From assembly GCA_963707505.1 (NCBI GenBank), contig CAVPQB010000006.1, forward strand, positions 672,001-736,000: a stretch of DNA of 64,000 nucleotides. Reading direction: 5' to 3'. Origin of the DNA: an uncultured Gemmatimonadales bacterium (GTDB taxonomy: Bacteria; Gemmatimonadota; Gemmatimonadetes; Gemmatimonadales; Gemmatimonadaceae). The notes beneath the pieces were generated by a model that saw only the letters and a program-made list of their open reading frames with translations, was not told where the DNA came from and searched no databases. Below are positions 49,928 to 60,851 of the stretch, piece after piece. Position 1 is the stretch's first letter. The number at the start of each line of letters is the position of its first letter. Both the position numbers and the translations under genes were made by a program.

Positions 49928-52900
49928 TTACTTCGCCGTCGAAACTCTCGCCAGTCGCTTCCTTACATCCGCTACCTGCGGCTGGAGATCGGGATCGGCG
50001 TTCTTCCAGAGATCCACGAACGCGGCATAGTGTGTAGCGGCGCGCGCACGATCGCCCCTGGCCTCGTACAGCTCGCCCAGCCGCCGCTGCACAAGGGGTA
50101 AATTCACCATGTCGTTGCCAAGCCGCTCGATGGTCTGGCAATGAAGGTATTGCTCGAACGTCGCTATGGTGGAGTCGGGCATGTTTGCCCTGTCAAATGC
50201 GCGGCCGGTATTGTACAGGACAGTCGACGGATCCTCGTTCACCGGCCCATCGGGAAGGTTATCAGCATTCCGGAATTCCGTGACTGCATCGCGCGCTCGA
50301 TTCTCCGTGAGCGCAATCTCGGCCTGGATCCGATGCGCATCTGGCTGACGATTACGCCGGGTGACCGTGTCTGCGATCTGCGCGATCTGAGCAAGCACAG
50401 CTCGCGCGCGATCGGTGCGTCCCAACGCAGCGTACGCGACGCCCAGGTCGCCGTATGGACGGTCCAGCTCGGGCAGTGATGCAAGGGGCAGCGCGGCAGT
50501 TACCGCGTCCAGTCGCTTCAATGCGCGATCGCGCTGTCCGCGCAGCCACCAGTCCATCATCGCGAAAGAGATCGAGTCCGTGAGCGGCGCGGTCGTGGAG
50601 AGACCGGCTTCGTGTTGCATCGCAGTGGCCTCGCCGTACAATCGTTGTCCCTCCGCGAGTCTGCCGTGAGTGATTGCAAACACGGACCTGTAGTTCCGCA
50701 TGGACTGCCGCAGCTCCGGACTCGCTGTAACACGGTCGACGCTGTCGGCAAGTCTTTCAGCGGCCGCGGCGTTACCCTCGGCGTACTTCGTCATTACCAT
50801 CGCCGAGAGTACTCCGGGTCCCGATGGGCTTTTCTCCAACGCGGTGGCCAACGCCGAATCCGCAGCAGAATTCTTGCCCTCCACGGCCAGCACGAACGCG
50901 AGGTTCGTTGCCGGGAGCGAATTGTTTGCTGCCTGGCGTACGGCTAAGCGAAACACCTGCTCCGCCTGCGCAAACTTGCGGAGGCCGTTGTAGTTCACGC
51001 CGAGGTTGTTCAAGGCGTACGACGAATCGCCGGTCGCGAGCAACGCCTGATACGCGGTGATGCTCTTTGGCCTGTCCATTCCTGCACCGGACCCGTAGTA
51101 GGTCCCTTCGGTCATGTACCGTTCCTGATCCGTGAGGCGTGACCGTAGTTGGAATGCCTTGAGAATTGCGGACGACATCGCCGATGGCGGGTATCCACCG
51201 TTGCCATAGGCCATGGCGAGTTTCCGCCAGGCCATCGCGAAGCCTGTATCGATGGTCACCGCCTGACGCAGGAGAGGAATCGCCTTCTGATAATCCTGCT
51301 GATCGTCAAATACCCGCGCACCCTCGGTGTACGCCTTGAGCGCGTCATATGAGGCAGTCGTCACCTGAGCAAGTGGCGGGCTGTTCTGTACACTTTTCAG
51401 TGACTCGCCGATCTTGCCGCGCAGCTTGCGCGTAACTTCGTCCACACCGCTGACGAGCTGAGACGGACCGTCGACGGTTGTCTGATACGACGCGAGCACA
51501 TCGCCGGAATCTGCGGAAACGAGCCGCAGCGCGATGACGAATCCATTGCCGAGTCCCGTTACGTCGCCGGTGACGATCGCCTTGATTCCCTCGCGTGCCG
51601 CAAGCTGGCGTGCCAGCGGTGGTGTCAGCGGTGCGGTGGGCGGCAGCTGCATTCGCGCGAGCGCCGAAGTGACACTCGCCGGACTGAAAAGAGTTATCGA
51701 GTTCGACTGACTCAGATTCTGCCGTACGCCCTCGGCGACGACGTGTCCCACACTCGAATCGGTGTGGCTCGTGGCGAAGTCCGCGATGAGAACGGGGTCG
51801 CGTTGAGTAAGCCGGCCCTCGGCGAGCAGCGATCCGACCGGTCCGATTCCGAACGCACGCATCACCATGAATGCGACCACGAGCACGGCGAAGGTACCGA
51901 GCGCGTACACACCGCCGCGTGTCGTACGCTGCCACGAAACGTGTGGGCTCGCGCGCAGTGCGATCGTTGCCATGGTTCCGTGCGCTTCCTGGCCGCCGCC
52001 AGGCGTGACCGCGGGCGTCGTCGTGAGCGCTCGACGCGTCACGCGCTGCACGTATCCCGTGAACAGTATCACCGGAAGACCGAGCGCCATCACGGCGAGC
52101 GCGCCCGGCATGACCCAGTCGGGCAGACCGATCGTGATCGTCGCGGCTCGCACGACAACCGTGACTACGATCACCGCAACCGCGTACGCAATGAGTGCGC
52201 GCCGGAACGCGCCTGGTCCTTGCAGCAGCACTGGCGGAAGCGACGGCACTCCCCACCCGCTGGTAACCACGTTCAGCGCGAGTATCACTTCAGCCGCGCT
52301 CTGCGGCCTGCCGTCGGCGTCCTTCGCGAGACAGCGCATCACCAGATCGCACAGTGCAGCCGGTGCATCGGGTCTGAGCGACGCGATGGGTTTCGGCGTC
52401 TCGCTGATCTGCGCTGCGAGCACGCGTTGCGGCGCGCGATCGTGAAATGGAGGATGACCCGCGAGAAGCTCGTATGCCATGCAGCCGAGCGCGTAGATGT
52501 CCGCGCGCGCATCGGTGTCCGGATCGCCGACCGCCTGTTCTGGCGCCATGTATGCTGGCGTCCCCATCGACGTGCCGAGCTGCGTGAGCGTCGCACCTGC
52601 GCCGCCCGTGCGCGATGCACTCAATGCCTTTGCGATTCCGAAGTCGGTGACGACCGCCGTGCCGCCAGATAGAAGAACGTTATCGGGCTTGATGTCGCGA
52701 TGCACGACCCCGCGCTCGTGCGCATACTGAAGTGCGCGCGACACGTCGCCAAGAATTCGTACGATGTCGAGTATCTGGAGCGCAGGCTGATGCCCGAGTC
52801 TGGCGCGCAAGGATTCGCCTTCGACGAACGGCATCGTATAGAACGGTAGCCCGTCGGTGTCGCCGGTCGAGAGCAGCGGTACGATGTTCGCCTGCTGCAG

Positions 52901-53107
52901 CGACGCCGCCAGTCTGATCTCCCGCTCGAATCGCTCGGCGCTGATCCCCGCTGCGAGCTCGGGCGAGAGCACCTTGACGACGACCTTTCGACCCAGCCGG
53001 AGCTCGTCGGCGAGGAAGACTTGCGACATTCCGCCGCCGCCGAGCTCGCGTTCGAGGACGTAGGAGCCTGCGAGGGTCGTCTGTAGTCGGTCGAAGATGT
53101 CAGCCAT
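49928..53107 (-). CDS. Membrane Ser/Thr protein kinase with C-terminal TPR region
   Basis: LGGGGMS, HRDIKPDN, DFG, YMAPE; TM helices; TPR repeats. Confidence 0.93.
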   Translation of the reverse strand: MADIFDRLQTTLAGSYVLERELGGGGMSQVFLADELRLGRKVVVKVLSPELAAGISAERFEREIRLAASLQQANIVPLLSTGDTDGLPFYTMPFVEGESLRARLGHQPALQILDIVRILGDVSRALQYAHERGVVHRDIKPDNVLLSGGTAVVTDFGIAKALSASRTGGAGATLTQLGTSMGTPAYMAPEQAVGDPDTDARADIYALGCMAYELLAGHPPFHDRAPQRVLAAQISETPKPIASLRPDAPAALCDLVMRCLAKDADGRPQSAAEVILALNVVTSGWGVPSLPPVLLQGPGAFRRALIAYAVAVIVVTVVVRAATITIGLPDWVMPGALAVMALGLPVILFTGYVQRVTRRALTTTPAVTPGGGQEAHGTMATIALRASPHVSWQRTTRGGVYALGTFAVLVVAFMVMRAFGIGPVGSLLAEGRLTQRDPVLIADFATSHTDSSVGHVVAEGVRQNLSQSNSITLFSPASVTSALARMQLPPTAPLTPPLARQLAAREGIKAIVTGDVTGLGNGFVIALRLVSADSGDVLASYQTTVDGPSQLVSGVDEVTRKLRGKIGESLKSVQNSPPLAQVTTASYDALKAYTEGARVFDDQQDYQKAIPLLRQAVTIDTGFAMAWRKLAMAYGNGGYPPSAMSSAILKAFQLRSRLTDQERYMTEGTYYGSGAGMDRPKSITAYQALLATGDSSYALNNLGVNYNGLRKFAQAEQVFRLAVRQAANNSLPATNLAFVLAVEGKNSAADSALATALEKSPSGPGVLSAMVMTKYAEGNAAAAERLADSVDRVTASPELRQSMRNYRSVFAITHGRLAEGQRLYGEATAMQHEAGLSTTAPLTDSISFAMMDWWLRGQRDRALKRLDAVTAALPLASLPELDRPYGDLGVAYAALGRTDRARAVLAQIAQIADTVTRRNRQPDAHRIQAEIALTENRARDAVTEFRNADNLPDGPVNEDPSTVLYNTGRAFDRANMPDSTIATFEQYLHCQTIERLGNDMVNLPLVQRRLGELYEARGDRARAATHYAAFVDLWKNADPDLQPQVADVRKRLARVSTAK

Positions 53108-53336
53108 ATGGCGACAGCGGATTTTGGGGAGCCAGCCTAGACGAATCTACGGGTTAATGCGGTGCGCGCCAGAGAGAAACGTCGAGCGCCGAGACCGCAC
53201 ATTTCTCGCGAAATCACGCTCGTGGCACCGGCGTATGCCCGGATGTGGAAGTCTACGTCGGGCATGCGACCCCGTTTCATCCATGCGATCCCACAGGATG
53301 CGGATAGCCCTTAACCCCGGCGTGAGGGTCTTGGTT

Positions 53337-53432
53337 GGGGTCAGGTCTTGCGCCGTGCGCAGCAGCCGGTCATTGCTGCCTTTCGCTACACCGTGCGTTG
53401 CTTTGACAGCGCACGGGGCAAGACCTGACCCC
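53337..53432. repeat. 96-bp REP/MITE-like hairpin element, copy 1
   Basis: 24-bp terminal inverted repeats GGGGTCAGGTCTTGCGCCGTGCGC (one mismatch). Confidence 0.85.
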
Positions 53433-53444
53433 GCAGCTGTCTTC

Positions 53445-56124
53445 TCATTCTGTTCTCAACGCAATCACGGGATCGACGCGGCTGGCCCGTGTGGCAGGCA
53501 CCCACGCCGAAAGACAGGCGATCACCACGAGCGCCGTCGTCATGACGACGAAGGTTCCTGCGTCCGCCGGTGTGACGTCATAGAGCAATTGCGTCATCAG
53601 CCTTGTGAGCACGAGCGCGCCGACGACGCCCAGCGTCACTCCTACCGCCACCGCCGGCATCGCTCGGCGCACCGTTTCACGCACGACAGTCGCCCCACTC
53701 GCGCCCAGCGCCATTCGCACGCCGATCTCACGCGTACGTTGGCCCACAACATAGCTCATTACGCCGAACACACCGATGGCAGCCAACACAAGCGCGAGGA
53801 TCGCGAACGACGCCAACAGCAGCATCGCGAACCGTTGATCGGCCACCGACTGTCCCATGATCCGTTCCATGGATGTGAATTGGCGAACGGGGAGATACGG
53901 ATCGATGTCGTGGAGCTGCCGGCGAACACCGGCAGCGAGGCGGCCAGCGTCGATGCCGGGAGCCGTTTTCGCAACGATGGCCATGTCGGTGACGGGGAAC
54001 TGTGCGTGCGCCAGGTACACGGTCGGCCGCGGCGCCGATTGGAGCTGGTCGTCGTGCACGTCGTGAACCACACCGATGACTTCTCCCCCCGCACGCCCGC
54101 GACCGAGGCCGAAGCTCGTGCCAATCTCCATCGTGCGGCCAACGGGATCGACGCCCCTCCACAGCAGTTTGGCAGCAGTCTCGTTCACCACCACAACGTT
54201 CGGGGCGCCATGCCGGTCCGTTTCCGCGAACGTCCGCCCCGCCAACACCGAAATGCCGAGCGTCTGGAAGTAGCCAGGTGTGGCCACGCGTATCTGCGTC
54301 GACGGCTGGTCCGCGTCGGGAATGACCTCTCCGTCGATTGAACGCGTGGTGATGGAATAGTCGTATCCCGAGAGCGGAAGTCCTGAAATAGCAGCCGCCG
54401 TCCGCACGCCGGGCAGTTGCCGCACGCTGGCGAGCATGCGATCGAAGAAGATCCCCGACTGCTCCGGTGTGTGATACCGCGCCTCGGGAAGCGACAGGCT
54501 GAACGCCGCCACGTTCGACGCGTCGAACCCGGTCGGGACGTGCTGCAGTCTCGCGAAGCTGCGGATAAGCAGCCCCGCTCCTGCCAGCAGAATCATCGCC
54601 AGTGCGAGCTCGCCCGCAACCAGCGCTCCGCGTACCCTCCACCCGCTACGCCCGATGGTGCCGCCGCGTCCGCCGGCCTGCATCGTACCACTCAGCGTCG
54701 ACAGCCGCGCCGACTGGACAGCGGGCGCGATGCCGAACAGCAGTCCGGTGACGAGGCTCAGAACGAAGGTGAAGCCAAGCACGTGAAGATCGATACCGGC
54801 GGTGCCGAACTGATCGAGCGACGGCGGACGGATGGCGTGCATTGCACGCGTAGCGGTGAAACCGACCAGAACCGCTGCAGCGCCACCCATCAGGGCGAGC
54901 ATCAGGCTCTCCACCATCGCCATGCCGATGAGGTCGCGAGGTCGCGCGCCCAGGGCAGTGCGAACCGCGAATTCCCGTTGGCGCGCGGCACCGCGGGCCA
55001 GCAGCAGATTGGCCACGTTCACGCACGCGATGAGTGCCACCAATGCCACCGCGCCAAGCAGTATCAGCAACGCAGTTCGCGAAGACCGACCCACCAGCGA
55101 ATCGCGCAGCGGAATCGCCCTGGCGCCGTGGTCCTTATTCACTCTGGGAAAGGTCACCGCCAGTCGCCTGGCCAACCCATCGAGGTCCCGGCTCGCTGCA
55201 TCCAGCGAGATCACCCGGCTTGAGCCGCGCCACCACATCCAGATAGTGGGCCCCACGCTGAGTGCTCAGCACGGTGTCGCTGAATGCGAGCGGCAGCCAC
55301 AACACGCTGCGGTCGGGATACGCGAAGCCAGGCGGCATGACGCCGGTGACGCGTCGCGTCCTTCCATCGATCTGCACGTTCTGGCCGATTATGTCGGTGC
55401 GCGCACCGAACAGTCTGCGCCAGATTCCGTCGCTAAGAATCACCGCGTCGGTCTGACCATACGTCGTCTGGGCGGGCGTAAAGGGATAGCCGAGTGCCGG
55501 ATGTACACCGATCGCATCGAAGAATCCCTGCGTTACGTACGCACCGGAGAGCGGTAAGGGGTCACCATGTCCGGTTAGTGTCGGTGTGTCCTCATACATG
55601 GCGCCCATTGCCGAGAAGGCGTGCGTGTACCGGGTCCAATCGACGAAGTTCGGGGGCGACGTCACGTCATCGCTGCCGCGTATGCGCTCATACAGCTTCA
55701 CGATCCGTGTCGGGTTGCCGTACGGCAGTGGCCGGAGCAGCGTCGCGTTCACGACGGTGAACACGGCGGAGTTGGCGCCGATGCCCAGCGCAAGCGTGAG
55801 CACCGCGGCAGCGGTGAATCCGGGCTGATGGAGCAGTTTGCGCGCTGCGAGTCGCGCGTCGAAGGCCATCGTCCGCCACCAAACGATGCGCTCCGCTCGC
55901 CTGCGCGCTCGGGTGGAACCGCGTCGCATTCTCTTCCGTGCACTCTCGACGCTTCCGAACTGTGCGCGCGCAGCGCGCGCGGCATCGTCCGCGCTCATCC
56001 CGCGCTCACGAAAGCCGCGCTCGAGTTCCTGGAGGTGAAAGCCGATCTCGTCGTCAGCATCGGCGCGAGGGTCGGCGCCGAGGAATCGGAGATAACGCCG
56101 CCACAGCGGTTCGTCGTGACTCAT
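53445..56124 (-). CDS. ADOP-family duplicated ABC permease (apparent frameshift near 55250)
   Basis: [55 protein letters not shown]; start overlaps padR stop. Confidence 0.88.
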
Positions 56125-56483
56125 GGACAGGCGCCCGCGGGCTGAATGATCATCGGAATCTCGAGCGCCGCGAAGATCGCGTGCGCGTAGCGCGTCCAGC
56201 TGACTGTCTCCTCGCGCAGGCGCTTCGTGCCGGCGGCCGTGAGTGCATAGTATTTGGCGCGCCGGCGATCGTCGGTCAGGCGCCACTCGGCGACGATAAG
56301 CCCGCGCTCCTCCAGCCGGTACAGCGCCGGGTAGAGCGACCCATCCTCTATGCGCAGCGCGTCGCCGGTGGCCGACTCGACCCAGCGGGCGATCTGATAG
56401 CCGTGGGCAGGCGTGGCACTGACCGCTTTGAGGACCAGGAGGTCGAGGGTGCCGCGGAGGATCTGCTGTTTGAGGTCAGGCAT
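56121..56483 (-). CDS. PadR-family regulator (Acidobacteria-type)
   Basis: [33 protein letters not shown]. Confidence 0.93.
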   Translation of the reverse strand: MPDLKQQILRGTLDLLVLKAVSATPAHGYQIARWVESATGDALRIEDGSLYPALYRLEERGLIVAEWRLTDDRRRAKYYALTAAGTKRLREETVSWTRYAHAIFAALEIPMIIQPAGACP

Positions 56484-56489
56484 TTTAGT

Positions 56490-56542
56490 TGTCCTAGGAA
56501 GTCTAGGACAGAGAATTGGATGCCTGACCTAGAAAGTCAAGG
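56490..56542. promoter_or_regulatory. Candidate PadR operators
   Basis: TGTCCTAG-GAAGT-CTAGGACA palindrome (56490-56510) and degenerate copy CCTAGAAAGTCAAGG (56528-56542). Confidence 0.65.
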
Positions 56543-56545
56543 GTT

Positions 56546-56641
56546 GGGGTCAGGTCTTGCGCCGTGCGCGGTCAAACCAACGCATGGTGTAGCGAACGAC
56601 TGCAACGACCGGCTGCGGCGCACGGCGCAAGACCTGACCCC
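56546..56641. repeat. 96-bp REP/MITE-like hairpin element, copy 2 (inverted relative to copy 1)
   Basis: Perfect 24-bp TIRs; interior is a diverged reverse complement of copy 1. Confidence 0.85.
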
Positions 56642-56743
56642 CAGCAAGCTCCCACAAGCTCCCACCAGCTCGAACGACGCTGTCCCGTGGCACGTATGTT
56701 TTTCAGGGCAGTCATCCACCCTTCACCTCTCCATGAGACTTAA

Positions 56744-58541
56744 GTGAGCCATCGCTCCATTTCCCGAGGCGCCGCGGCATTGTCCGTGGCCTTCGCCCTC
56801 GCCGCGCCCACACTGGCGGCGCAGCAAACCTGTCCGGCGGTCGAGCCGGGCGCCACCATGCCGCTCAAGTATCAGGGCGGTCCCACGGTCGCCGCCATCA
56901 CTCCGTGCGACCTCATGACGCGCCTGTACATCTACGCGGACGACTCGCTCCGCGGTCGCGAAGCCGGAACTCCCGACGCAATGCGCGCGACGGCGTACAT
57001 CGAACGCGAGGTGCGGAAGCTGGGTCTCAAGCCGGCTGGCGATCATGGATCCTACTTCCAGAACATGCCGGTTACGGCGCGCAGCGTAACACCGGCGTCG
57101 ACGATGACGGCCGGTGGCAAGACCTTCCACGCTGACAGGGACTTCGTCCTCTCCGCTCCGCCAGCTGACCACAAGGTGTCGGCGGCAGTCATCTTCGGTG
57201 GAACCCTCGGCGACACGACGGCCGAGCTCACCGCCGATCAGGCGAAGGGGAAGATCGTGGTGATGATGGCGCCAGCCGGCGGCAGTCGCGGCTTTTTCCG
57301 GCGCGCGCCTGGCAGCGCAAATCCGCTGGCCGACGCGGCGGCGATCGTTACTGTCACGGAGACACTCGCGAAGCCGCGCTTTCAGCCGACGCTGAATGAC
57401 ACCGTGCAGAACACGGGACGGGAGGCGTACGCTGCCAGCCATCCGAACGAAGGCAACGCACGTGGTGGCCGCGGTGGATTCGGCGGCGCCGGTCTCAACA
57501 TCACTGTCACGCCGCAGGTCGCCAGCGCACTGCTTGGAAAATCAGTAGAAAGCGCTGCCCTCGGTGATGCGGGACCGTCGGCGACGATCGACATTCACGT
57601 GAAGACAGCAGCCGCGCCGACGCGGAGCGTCGTCGCCATTCTGCCCGGCACCGATCCCAAGCTCAGCAAGCGAGTACATCGTTATCGGCGCACACGCGGA
57701 TCACATCGGTGTTTCGGGCGCGCGTCCCGTCGTCGAGCACGATTCACTCAAGGCGTACAACGAAGTTGCGCGCGTCGAAGGTGCCGACACTCGGACCGCG
57801 CCGGAGCCGACGGCGGAGCAGTGGGTGCGCATCAATGCGATCAAGGATTCGCTACGCAAGATCTATCCGCCGCGGCTCGACTCGATCAGCAACGGTGCGG
57901 ATGACGACGGCTCGGGCTCCGTGTCCATTCTCGAGATCGCGCGAGGCGTTCGCGAAGGGACCGGTCAAGCCAAAGCGGTCGCTGATCTTCATCTGGCAGA
58001 TGGGCGAGGAGAAGGGACTCTGGGGCTCGGAGTGGTTCACCAACCATCCGACGGTTCCGCGCGATTCGATCGTCGCGGATCTGAACCTCGACATGGTCGG
58101 CCGCGGCGCTGCGACCGACGTCACCGGCAAGAACAAGGACGGCGAGGAGCTGAAGGGCGCGAACAACTATCTGCAGCTCGTCGGCTCGCGTCGTCTGTCT
58201 ACCGAGCTTGGTGATATCGCCGAGCAGGTGAATAGCAGTCAGAGCCGATGCCGTTCACGTTCGATTATTCGATGGACGCGAACGGGCATCCGCAGAACAT
58301 CTATTGCCGCAGCGATCACGCCAACTATGCGCGGTACGGCATCCCGGTCATCTTCTTCACGACGGGCGGTCACGCGGATTACCACCAGGTGACGGACGAA
58401 CCGCAGTACATCCAGTACGAGCACATGGCTCGCGTCGACAAGCTCGTGTTCGACATCGCGATGCATGTCGCGGATCTCGATCACCGCGTCGTCGTGGACA
58501 AGGCGAAGCCGGACAGTCCGTTTGCGCGGTGTCAGCAGTAG
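56744..58541 (+). CDS. M28 family metallopeptidase with PA domain (multiple apparent frameshifts)
   Basis: DDSLRGREAG, NGADDDGSGS, GEEKGLWGS, LNLDMVGR, RSDH, DYHQVTD across frames. Confidence 0.85.
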
Positions 58542-58571
58542 AGACGTCAGCCCGGTAGTAACCGCTGCAAA

Positions 58572-58613
58572 AAGACAGCTCCGGTATCGAGATCTCGATA
58601 CCGGAGCTGTCTT
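58572..58613. terminator. Perfect 42-bp palindrome, probable terminator
   Basis: AAGACAGCTCCGGTATCGAGA|TCTCGATACCGGAGCTGTCTT, 30 nt after the M28 stop. Confidence 0.6.
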
Positions 58614-58681
58614 GCTTGGCGTTTTGGTTGTGCACCTCATGGATGTTGCTGCACGAGCGCACTCGGGCATAAGTTACAGAT

Positions 58682-59176
58682 ATGAAACTGACCGCAGGCA
58701 CCCTGGCGCCGGACTTCGAGCTCGAAAGTACCGCGGGTACCGTGTCACTCGCCGGACTGCGTGGCTCGCGAGTGGTACTCTACTTCTATCCGAAGGATGA
58801 TACGCCCGGTTGCACGCGTGAGGCATGCTCGTTCCGCGACAGCATGAGTCGTCTCCAGGGTCACGGCGCCACGATAATCGGCGTCTCCAGGGATTCGCTG
58901 AACTCACACCACCGCTTTCGCGAGAAGTACGGTCTTCCGTTCGCACTCGCGTCGGATCCCGAAAACACCGTCGCGAAGGCCTACGGAGCCTTCGGTAAGA
59001 AGATGATGTACGGCAAGGAGGTTAGCGGAACCATCCGGTCCACGTTCCTCATCGATCCGCAGGGATACATCGAGCGGGTCTGGTCACCGGTGAAAGTTGA
59101 TGGACACGTGGACCAGATACTTGCTGCACTCGATGAAACTGCTTCGTCGGCGAGTGGAACGAAGACAGTGAGGTGA
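58682..59176 (+). CDS. bcp: Thioredoxin-dependent peroxiredoxin (BCP/PrxQ)
   Basis: YFYPKDDTPGCTREACSFRD, RSTFLID. Confidence 0.93.
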   Translation: MKLTAGTLAPDFELESTAGTVSLAGLRGSRVVLYFYPKDDTPGCTREACSFRDSMSRLQGHGATIIGVSRDSLNSHHRFREKYGLPFALASDPENTVAKAYGAFGKKMMYGKEVSGTIRSTFLIDPQGYIERVWSPVKVDGHVDQILAALDETASSASGTKTVR

Positions 59177-59368
59177 CGCTCAATCGCGCCGTACTCCCGA
59201 GGGACTGAGCTATGCGCTGGCCCGGGAGCGCTATCGATTAATTCTGAGCGTCCGGAATTATTGCAGGTCCCGTGCGTGCACCTCGTGTAGCGTGGTGAAC
59301 ACTCTATACCGATATTCAGGATCGGCACGCTGGTGATTCTCAACCTCCGCGACTATGACACGGCCAGA

Positions 59369-60370
59369 ATGGACGACTTCGATTCGTTGAAGAAGCATCA
59401 TCGCGCATTCATCACTGCGCGATCCGTCATCGCGATTACTCTGGCATCCTCGCTTGCTGCGTGCGCATCTGCCGGAAGTCGCGCGACGCCGGTGACATCG
59501 TCTCCGATATCGGTCGCTGTGCCGACGTCAGGCTATCGGATCATTTCGCCGGCCACGCGAAGCGACGTGACGATGCCGCAGATGCTCGACCGGCTGTCGC
59601 GCGCCGACGTGGTGTTCTTCGGCGAGCAGCATGATGATCCGGAAACGCACCGTGCCGAGGCGGAGATGCTCGAGGCGATCGGCCGGCTCGGGCGACCGGT
59701 CGTGCTTTCGCTCGAGATGTTCGAGCGTGATGTGCAGCCGGTGCTGGACGATTATCTCGCCGGCCGCATCGGCGAGTCCGAGTTTCTTGCGCGCAGTCGG
59801 CCGTGGCCCAACTACAGTACTGGTTACCGGCCGCTGGTGGAGCTGGCCCGCGCGCGTCACTGGCCGGTGATCGCGGCGAACGTTCCTCGGCCGCTCGCAT
59901 CGGCGGTGGCGCGAAAGGGGATTGTTGCGCTCGACACGCTCACACCAGTCGAGCACCTGACCGCGGCGCGCAAGATCGTCTGCCCGGCGGACGACTACTA
60001 CGCGCGCTTCATGGATGAGATGCACGCGCATTCCACCGGCTCGGGCGGCGCGGCCGAACCCGGCGATTCACTTCCGACGGCGATGGCCGAGCGTTTTTAC
60101 GTGGCCCAGTGCGTAAAGGATGAGACCATGGCCGAGTCGATCGTGATGGCGAAGGGTAAGGCGCCGCGCGACGCGATCATCGTTCACTTCGATGGCGCTT
60201 TCCATAGCGATTATGCACAGGGCACCGTGGCGCGTGTGAAGCGACGTGAGCCGTCGTGGGACGTAGTCGTGATCAGTGCCGTCCCTGTCGCCGATCCGTT
60301 GGTGGCGCCGATCGCGCCGGAAAGCGGCGTCGCGGATTTCGTCATTTTTACGAAGCGGGCGTCGCACTAG
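59369..60370 (+). CDS. ChaN-family lipoprotein
   Basis: Lipobox LAAC, FFGEQHD, SLEMFERD, KDETMAESI, GAFHS. Confidence 0.85.
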   Translation: MDDFDSLKKHHRAFITARSVIAITLASSLAACASAGSRATPVTSSPISVAVPTSGYRIISPATRSDVTMPQMLDRLSRADVVFFGEQHDDPETHRAEAEMLEAIGRLGRPVVLSLEMFERDVQPVLDDYLAGRIGESEFLARSRPWPNYSTGYRPLVELARARHWPVIAANVPRPLASAVARKGIVALDTLTPVEHLTAARKIVCPADDYYARFMDEMHAHSTGSGGAAEPGDSLPTAMAERFYVAQCVKDETMAESIVMAKGKAPRDAIIVHFDGAFHSDYAQGTVARVKRREPSWDVVVISAVPVADPLVAPIAPESGVADFVIFTKRASH

Positions 60371-60658
60371 TCACTCGTTCGGCTCGATGGACAGGCGCCC
60401 GCCGCCTGAATGATCATCGGAATCTCCAGTGCCGCGAAGATCGCGTGCGCGTACCGCGTCCAGCTCGCCGTCTCCTCGCGCAGGCGCTTCCTGCCCTCGG
60501 CTGTAAGTGCATAGTATTTGGCGCGCCGGCGATTGTCGGTCAGCCGCCACTCGGCGTCGATGAGCCCGCGCTCCTCCAGGAGGTACAGCGCGGGGTAGAG
60601 CGAGCGATCCTCTATGCGCAGCGCGTCGTCGGTGGCCGACTCCACCCAGCGGGCGATC
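60367..60658 (-). pseudogene. 5'-truncated padR duplicate
   Basis: 60387-60658 aligns without gaps to 56123-56394; lacks the N-terminal helices; EDGSLYP changed to EDRSLYP. Confidence 0.8.
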
Positions 60659-60778
60659 CTGGCCGGACTGCGCGCGGGCGGGGGCCGCACCTATGAGAGT
60701 AGCCGCGACGGCGGCGACGAGGAGGTGTGATCGCATGGACCAACGGTACTTCCCCGAACGAGGTGATCACCAGTCCGG

Positions 60779-60821
60779 TCGACCCATCCGTCCGTCGCGT
60801 CCATAATTGGCTTCGTTCATC
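60779..60821 (+). repeat. Diverged copy of the 63014-63056 promoter segment
   Basis: 36/43 identity by manual alignment; TCGACC-N17-CATAAT. Confidence 0.75.
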
Positions 60822-60851
60822 GCTGGCCGTGTGAACCCGGGTGCGGGGATC

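Noticed and set aside
53097..54341. 414-aa plus-strand ORF, and ORF 56537-56719 sharing VRSCAVR...ARPDP text
   Set aside because: The similarity is simply translation of the 96-bp repeat elements.
56645..56671. CAAGCTCCCA 10-bp tandem next to hairpin copy 2
   Set aside because: Not found beside copy 1, so it is not a target-site duplication of the cassette.
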